A stretch of 32,000 bases of DNA from Haloferax volcanii DS2 (lineage in GTDB: Archaea > Halobacteriota > Halobacteria > Halobacteriales > Haloferacaceae): positions 2,280,001-2,312,000 of the forward strand of contig NC_013967.1 in NCBI RefSeq assembly GCF_000025685.1. Direction: 5' to 3'. The notes under the pieces are model-generated. The model ran no database searches. It saw nothing but the letters and a program-made list of their open reading frames with translations, and had not been told where the DNA came from. The position numbers and the translations under genes are program-made. Numbering within the stretch: the stretch's first letter is position 1; the number at the start of each line of letters is the position of its first letter. Positions 26,785 to 32,000 of this stretch are shown here, piece by piece.

Positions 26785-27504
26785 CTACCCGAACTCGGCC
26801 CACGCGACGGCGACGCCCAGCCCGACCGCCGGCGGGGCCGCGTAGAGCGCGAACGTCGTCGAATCCGGCGGCGAGAAGCACGCGGCGAAGGCGACGAGAC
26901 AGAGGAGCGACAGCCCTCTCGTCCGCCCGGTGAGTCGCCGCGAGAGCGCGCCGGCGCGGCGTAATCCGAGCAGAAGCGGGGCGACGGCCGCGCCGCCGCC
27001 GACCGCGACCGGGAAGAACAGTTCGAGTTCGAGCGTCGACTGTCGGGAATCGGCGGCTACGCGGCCCCACTCGACCAGCACGTCGACGAGGCCCGGCGCG
27101 AACTGCCGCGCGGCGACGGTTCCGACGAGGAAGCCCGCGGCGGCGAGCGCGAGCCACCCCGAGGCGGCGCGGAGGTCGACCGCCGGGTCGCGGTCGACGA
27201 GGGCGACGAGCGAGACGCCGGCGGCGAGAGCGCCGGCGAGCGCGCCCAGTTCGAGCCGGACGAGGAAGGTCGGGCCGCCGACGCCGACGACAGTTGTCGA
27301 AACACCGGCGGTCGGTGAGAGGAGCCCCGGGTCGCGGACGGCGACGACGACGACGACGGCCGTCAAGAGTGCGGTGATGACCAGTCGGCGCGCGTGGCGG
27401 CGCGCGGTCGCACCGAGCGGCGAGAGCCCGCGTCTCCGAGGGTCGAACGCGCCGACGGTCTCCGCGGGGTCCATACGTCCGGCGTCGTCGCTCCGTGTTG
27501 TCAA
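26785..27504 (-). CDS. integral membrane protein, unknown function
   Basis: 239 aa, with a charged N-terminus followed by about six Ala/Val/Leu/Gly-rich hydrophobic segments. I recognise no family. It could still be partly a GC-driven ORF, but its hydropathy periodicity looks real. Confidence 0.5.
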   Translation of the reverse strand: MTTRSDDAGRMDPAETVGAFDPRRRGLSPLGATARRHARRLVITALLTAVVVVVAVRDPGLLSPTAGVSTTVVGVGGPTFLVRLELGALAGALAAGVSLVALVDRDPAVDLRAASGWLALAAAGFLVGTVAARQFAPGLVDVLVEWGRVAADSRQSTLELELFFPVAVGGGAAVAPLLLGLRRAGALSRRLTGRTRGLSLLCLVAFAACFSPPDSTTFALYAAPPAVGLGVAVAWAEFG

Positions 27505-27651
27505 CTTTTTGATGGAGGAGTGACCGGCCGGAGAGGGGACGGTCGCCCGACGGTGGCGGCCCGGAACGGCGCCGCCCCGGTGGGACTGCTCGCGCTCGGC
27601 GGCCCACTCGATGGACGGGGCGAACGGGGGGTCGTCGACGACGGCCTGCGT

Positions 27652-28290
27652 TCAGTCGCTCGCGCGCCCTTCGAACCGCGAGGGCGGGAGGTAGCTCACG
27701 TCGGTTCCGGAGTCGGCTTCGAACTCCGGGGGGTCGGGAAGCACGCAGCGGTCTGCCCGCCGGTTGACGTGTTCGTACTCGTTCGGCGCGTTCGCCAGCG
27801 GGTGCGCGGGGTTCTCTCGGCTGTCGATTCGCGCGGCGCGAAGCTCTCCGAAGCCGGCGATACGGGCCTGAATCCCCCGCCAGTGGTGTTCGCTGCCGGC
27901 GGGGACGACGATTCGCTTCGGTGACTGCCAGTCGGGGTGGTCGCCGGCGAGGACGGCGTTGTTGACGTTCGCGGCGAGGTCGTCGTGGTCGACGAGGACG
28001 CCGACCCGAGCGTCGGGGGGCGCGCGATGGGCGAGTACGTCCAGTCCGAGGTGAAGTGCGCGATACTCCGAGACGTTGTTGTCCGGCGGCACGTCAGGGA
28101 GTGCGATACGGGCGACTCGCTCGCCGTCGCGGGTCTCTATCACCGCACCGAGTCCACCGCCGTTCGGGCGATACGACCCGTCCGTCGCGACGTAGAAGTG
28201 CCGTTGATGCGTGCGCGGCGGGTGTGCGATGTGAGGCGTCGGCGACTCGTCGAACAAGTCCCGAAGTGTGGGACGGCCGGTCACGGCCAT
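27652..28290 (-). CDS. rnhA: ribonuclease HI (type 1 RNase H) with N-terminal extension
   Basis: 212 aa. FYVATDGSYRPNGGGLGAVI (the DG.. motif), NNVSEYRALHLGL (catalytic Glu) and VLVDHDDL (Asp) match the archaeal type 1 RNase H pattern. Confidence 0.75.
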   Translation of the reverse strand: MAVTGRPTLRDLFDESPTPHIAHPPRTHQRHFYVATDGSYRPNGGGLGAVIETRDGERVARIALPDVPPDNNVSEYRALHLGLDVLAHRAPPDARVGVLVDHDDLAANVNNAVLAGDHPDWQSPKRIVVPAGSEHHWRGIQARIAGFGELRAARIDSRENPAHPLANAPNEYEHVNRRADRCVLPDPPEFEADSGTDVSYLPPSRFEGRASD

Positions 28291-28464
28291 ACGAACGTTT
28301 CGGAGATGGGGCGTAATAAACGTACCCCGTATCTGAGGTGCGATGCGCCCGTGTCAGATGTCGATGCCTCAGAGGGATAATTATCTGTAATATATTCTCA
28401 GAACGCTATACGAAGTCGGGTCACAGGCAATGGATACAAGAACGGTCAACTCAATGAGCCTTCG

Positions 28465-30072
28465 ATGGCTGACAACACTTCGCATACTAGTCGACGTTCA
28501 TACATTAAGTTGGCAGGCAGCGCGGCGGCGGCAGCGGCGCTCGCGGGCTGTACCGGTAACGGCGGGGAGGAGTCGGAGACCACGGAGACGAGACGGAGAC
28601 CGCCGAGACGACGACGACCGAGGACAGCGGTTCGTTCGACGTGACTATCACGCAGGGTCAGATGCCCTCCGGCCCCGACCCACAGGACCACCGCGAGACG
28701 TCGACGGATATCGTCGTCATCCACGCGTACGAGGGCGTGTTGACCCGCGACGCGGCGGGGTCGATTCAGACCGCGCTCGCGACGAACTACGAGCGCATCG
28801 ACGGGGAGAACGCGGTCCGCTTCGACCTCCGCGAGGGCGTCACGTTCCACAACGGCGACGAACTCACCCCCGAGGACGTCGCGTACAGCATCAACCGCGT
28901 CGTCGACTAGGAGGTCGGCTTCGCCAGCCCGCAGAGCGACCAACTCGCCGGCGTCTCCGGCGCGGGGTCATCGAGGGCGAGAACGCCGTCAGGGTCAACA
29001 ACGCGTCTCTCAATCCCATCGTGTTCTCCGAGTTCGCGACCTACCTCGACGTGATGCAGCGGTCGTGGGTCGAGGAGAACGACAAGGCGTACATCAGTCA
29101 GCACATGAACGGTACGGGGCCGTTCCAACTCGACTCGTACACCGAAGACGAGGAGGTCGTCCTCACGGCGTACGAGGACTACTGGCGGGAGCCCGCGGCG
29201 GTCGACACGCTCACCTTCCGCGCCGCGTCCGAGGCCAGCACGCGCGTCAACCAACTCCTGCAGGGCGAGACCGACCTCATCGTCAACGTCCCGCCGCAGG
29301 AGGTCCAGCGCGTCACCAACTCCGACAACGCGCGCGTCGCCGCGGCCCCGTCGACCCGCATCATCTACAACGGGATGCGCTACGACGTCGAACCGTTCGA
29401 TTCGGTCGAGTTCCGGCAGGCGATGAACTATGCCATCGACCTCGAGAGCATCGTCCAGAACGTCCTCGGCGGCTTCGGCGCGCAGACGGGCCAGCCGACG
29501 CTCCCCGAGTTCGTCGGCCACAACCCCGACCTCGACCCGTACCCGTACGACCCGGACCAGGCAGAGCAGTTGGTCGAAGAGTCCGGCTACGCCGGCGCGG
29601 AGATCGAACTCAACACGCTGGTCGGCCGCTACCTGAAGGACCTCGAAATCGCGCAGGCGGTCGCGGGCTACATCGACGAGCTACCGAACGTCACGGCGAC
29701 GGTCCGCCAGCGCGACTTCGGCTCACTCGTGGACGAACTGCTCGCGGGCAGTATCGAGGCCCGCCCGCCGTGGTTCCTCATCGGCTGGGGCGAGGCGACG
29801 TTCGACGGCGGCCTCGTCATGGAGGCGCTTCTCTCCTCCGACGGGACGCTCACGACGTGGCAAAACGAGGAGTTCGACGCGCTGCTCGAACAGGCCGGCA
29901 ACCAGTCCGGCGAGGAGCGCGAAGCGACGCTCCAAGAGGCGAACTGGCCCACGACCAGTGCCCGTGGATATTCCTGAACCAGCAGTACAGCGTCTACGGC
30001 GTCAACGACGCCATCGCGTGGGAGGCCCGCTCCGACGAGCGCATCGACGCGTACGCGATGAGCCAGCAGTAG
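28465..30072 (+). pseudogene. dppA: peptide/nickel ABC transporter substrate-binding lipoprotein (SBP family 5, DppA/OppA-like), disrupted by 3 frameshifts and 1 in-frame TAG
   Basis: The Tat/lipobox signal MADNTSHTSRRSYIKLAGSAAAAAAALAGC starts at the ATG at 28465. The frame changes near 28590 inside a GAGACG repeat. The mature part ...DSGSFDVTITQGQ...VAYSINRVVD runs into TAG at 28908-28910. A second shift occurs in the G-run at 28964-28967, before VIEGENAVRV...LQEAN. A third shift at about 29944 precedes LAHDQCPWIFLNQQYSVYGV...AMSQQ, with the stop at 30070-30072. Confidence 0.8.
28574..28612 (+). repeat. imperfect GAGAC(S) microsatellite encoding the Thr/Glu linker of DppA
   Basis: ggagaccacggagacgagacggagaccgccgagacgacgacg. 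The first dppA frameshift maps inside this tract. Confidence 0.5.
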
Positions 30073-30075
30073 TCG

Positions 30076-31073
30076 ATGTCGCTGTCGAGGTTCCTCATCA
30101 AACGCTCGCTCCAGGGGCTGTTCGTCATCTGGGGGTCATCACGGTCGTCTTCGGCCTCCGGTTCATCTCGCCGGGGGACCCGGCGAACGTGCTGTTGCCG
30201 CCCGACGTCGACCCGGAGGTCAGAGCGCAGGTCATCGCCGAACTCGGGCTGAACGAGCCCCTGTACGTGCAGTACTGGGAGTTCATCTCGGGCGTCCCGT
30301 TCGGTGACCTCGGCCTGTCGCTCGTCACCCGGACGCCGGTCTCGGCCCGCGTCGTGGCGAGACTCCCGGCGACGCTGGAACTCGCCATCGCGGCGACAGT
30401 CGTCGCCGTCGTCATCGCGATTCCGCTCGGCGTCCTCTCTGCCACGCGGCGTCACGAGCCGGCGGACTACGGCGCGACCGTGTTCTCGCTGGTCGGCATC
30501 AGCACGCCGAACTTCTGGCTGGGCGTGATGCTCATCCTCGTGCTCGCGGTGCAGTTGGACGCGTTCCCGACCAGTCAGCGCCCCATCGGCCTCGACGGCA
30601 TCGCGGTGCTTCTCGCCGGCGGCGACGTGGGCGCGGCGATACGCGGCTTCGGGACGTGGCTGTGGCATATCACGCTCCCCGCAATCACGCTCGGGACGTA
30701 CTTCACCGCGCTCATCACGCGGCTCACCCGCAGCGGAATGCTCGACCAACTCGGACAGACCTACGTCCGCGCGACGCGGGCGAAGGGGCTCCCGGAGACG
30801 CTGGTCCGCTACAAGCACGCGCTTCGGAACACGCTCATCCCGGTCATCACCGTCATCGGACTCCAACTCGGCACCCTCATCGGCGGGGCCGTCATCACGG
30901 AGGCCGTCTTCGCGTGGCCGGGACTCGGGTCGCTCATCATCAACAGCATCAACGCCCGCGACTGGCCGGTCTTACAGGGCTCGCTCATCGTCGTCGCGGT
31001 CGGATTCGTCCTCGTGAACATCCTCGTCGACGCCCTGTACGCCTACGTCAACCCGCAGGTGGCCTACGATTAA
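30076..31073 (+). pseudogene. dppB: peptide ABC transporter permease (DppB/OppB-like) with a 5'-proximal frameshift
   Basis: The ATG at 30076 gives MSLSRFLIKRSLQGLFVIWG. The conserved continuation VITVVFGLRFISPGDPANVLL... is one base out of frame after the G5 run at 30131-30135, and six Gs would restore the frame. The rest reads intact to the TAA at 31071-31073. Confidence 0.75.
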
Positions 31074-31079
31074 CGCTCT

Positions 31080-32000
31080 ATGATATCGGAACGCACACGC
31101 AGAAACCTTCGCCGGGAACTCAGACGGAGTCTCCTCGCGAAACTCGGCATCGTCGTCGTCGTCCTCATGGTGGCGATGGCCATCTTTGCCCCGTTTATCT
31201 CGCCGTATAGCCCGTCTCAACAGGACCTCGACAACGCCCGGCAACCGCCGCTCGGCTTCAGCACGACGGAGACCAGAGAGGTGACGCAGATGGAAAACGG
31301 GAGCGTCGTCATCGAAGACGGGCAGGTCGTCACCGAGACGCAGACCGTCTACACGAACGCGACGCTCGCCCACCCGCTCGGCACCGACGGCAACGAGCGA
31401 GACATCCTCTCGCGCATCATCTACGGCGCGAGAACGTCCATCCTCGTCGGCCTGTTCGGCACGTCGCTCGCGGCGCTCATCGGCGTCCTCGTCGGGCTGT
31501 CGGCGGGGTTCTATCGCGGGCGCGTTGACGACGTGCTGATGCGGAGCGCGGACATCATGCTCGCGTTCCCCCTCGCTCGTCCTCGCAATCGCCCTCGTCG
31601 GCGTCTGGGGGCAGGCGCAAGCGCCAATCCCCGACCCGTTCGTCGCCACCGGAATCGCCCCGGCGTTCCGCTCGGCGGTCGGGTTACCGACGGGCATGCC
31701 GGAGACGGTCGTCCTCCCGGGGACGGTCATCGTCGTCGCGCTCGTCAACTGGGTGTGGTTCGCCCGCGTCGCCCGCGGCGAGGCGCTTTCCATCCGCGAG
31801 GAGGAGTACGTGAAAGCCGCGAAGGCGCTCGGCGCGAGCGACGGGCGGACGATGCTCAGACACGTCCTCCCGAACGCCATCACGCCAATCCTCGTGTTGG
31901 CGACGATTCAGGTGGCCGCCATCATCCTGCTCGAATCGGCGCTGTCGTTCCTCGGCTTCTCCGGGGCCGACGTGTCGTGGGGCTTCGACATCGCCCTCGG
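31080..32000 (+). pseudogene. dppC: peptide ABC transporter permease (DppC/OppC-like), frameshifted; 3' end beyond window
   Basis: The ATG at 31080 gives MISERTRRNLRRELRRSLLAKLGIVVVVLMVAMAIFAPFISPY...DILSRIIYGARTSILVG...RSADIMLAFP. The conserved SLVLAIALVGVWG...EEYVKAAKALGASDGRTMLRHVLPNAITPILV... then continues one base further on, after the C5 run at 31568-31572. Confidence 0.75.

Noticed and set aside
26708-27607. A 299-aa Arg/Pro-rich ORF, plus other same-strand out-of-frame ORFs with poly-R/poly-P content (for example 4601..5158, 5773..6480, 15114..16589, 16651..17241, 29065..30072 apart from its last 43 codons).
   Set aside because: Their composition is incompatible with an acidic haloarchaeal proteome, and they are alternative frames of real genes. 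Only the C-terminal end of 29065..30072 is genuine coding sequence, forming the tail of the frameshifted dppA.
27505-27651. A GC-rich 147-nt gap between RNase HI and the membrane-protein gene, considered as a possible hidden small gene.
   Set aside because: No frame on either strand combines a start codon with plausible composition. It is probably just a 5' UTR and spacer.
28574-28612. GAGACG-type repeats, and similar Thr/Glu/Asp-coding repeats at 20330-20400 and 16330-16490, as possible CRISPR or tandem-repeat loci.
   Set aside because: They lie in frame within acidic linker or tail regions of proteins. The repeat units are 6 nt, and there are no spacers of regular length.
28908-28910. The in-frame TAG in dppA as a possible pyrrolysine or other recoding site.
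   Set aside because: Pyrrolysine decoding is confined to lineages with pyl genes, essentially methanogens and a few bacteria. The same gene also has three frameshifts, so a nonsense mutation is the simpler explanation.

Overview
This window is high-GC (about 65%) and encodes very acidic proteins, so it looks like haloarchaeal chromosome, with Haloferax-like gene content and order. Most of it is ordinary core genome. It holds a partial ND5/NuoL-like membrane subunit, an Lrp/AsnC regulator, an EF-1 alpha gene outside any ribosomal-protein context, a NYN-domain protein, a TatD hydrolase and an acidic DUF2150-like protein. Next come an 892-aa secreted protein with a pilin-like N-terminus (Ig-like and PKD domains), HMG-CoA synthase, an XRE-type regulator, a DUF457-like hydrolase, two GNAT acetyltransferases and the RFC large subunit. 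The rest comprises a Zn alcohol dehydrogenase, a small zinc-finger protein, a three-gene polar amino-acid ABC importer, heme A synthase, an M24 peptidase, a MaeB-type malic enzyme and RNase HI. I found no CRISPR array, rRNA or tRNA, and no obvious defence island or novel multi-gene system. Four non-core items stand out. (1) A low-GC, tnpA-less IS200/IS605-family (IS1341-type) element carries only tnpB, has hairpin-rich ends and a candidate omega-RNA region, and sits between the ctaA promoter and the peptidase gene. (2) A peptide-type ABC operon (dppA-B-C) at the right edge carries five frameshifts and one in-frame TAG. The ORF track hides these because it splits the genes into fragments. (3) A small conserved gene at 10249-10549 is frameshifted and absent from the ORF track. 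(4) The C-terminus of the large pilin-like protein has a different base composition and contains a tandem-duplicated domain. Many long ORFs in the track are antisense shadow ORFs typical of GC-rich DNA, and I rejected them. Several true starts lie downstream of the longest-ORF start.
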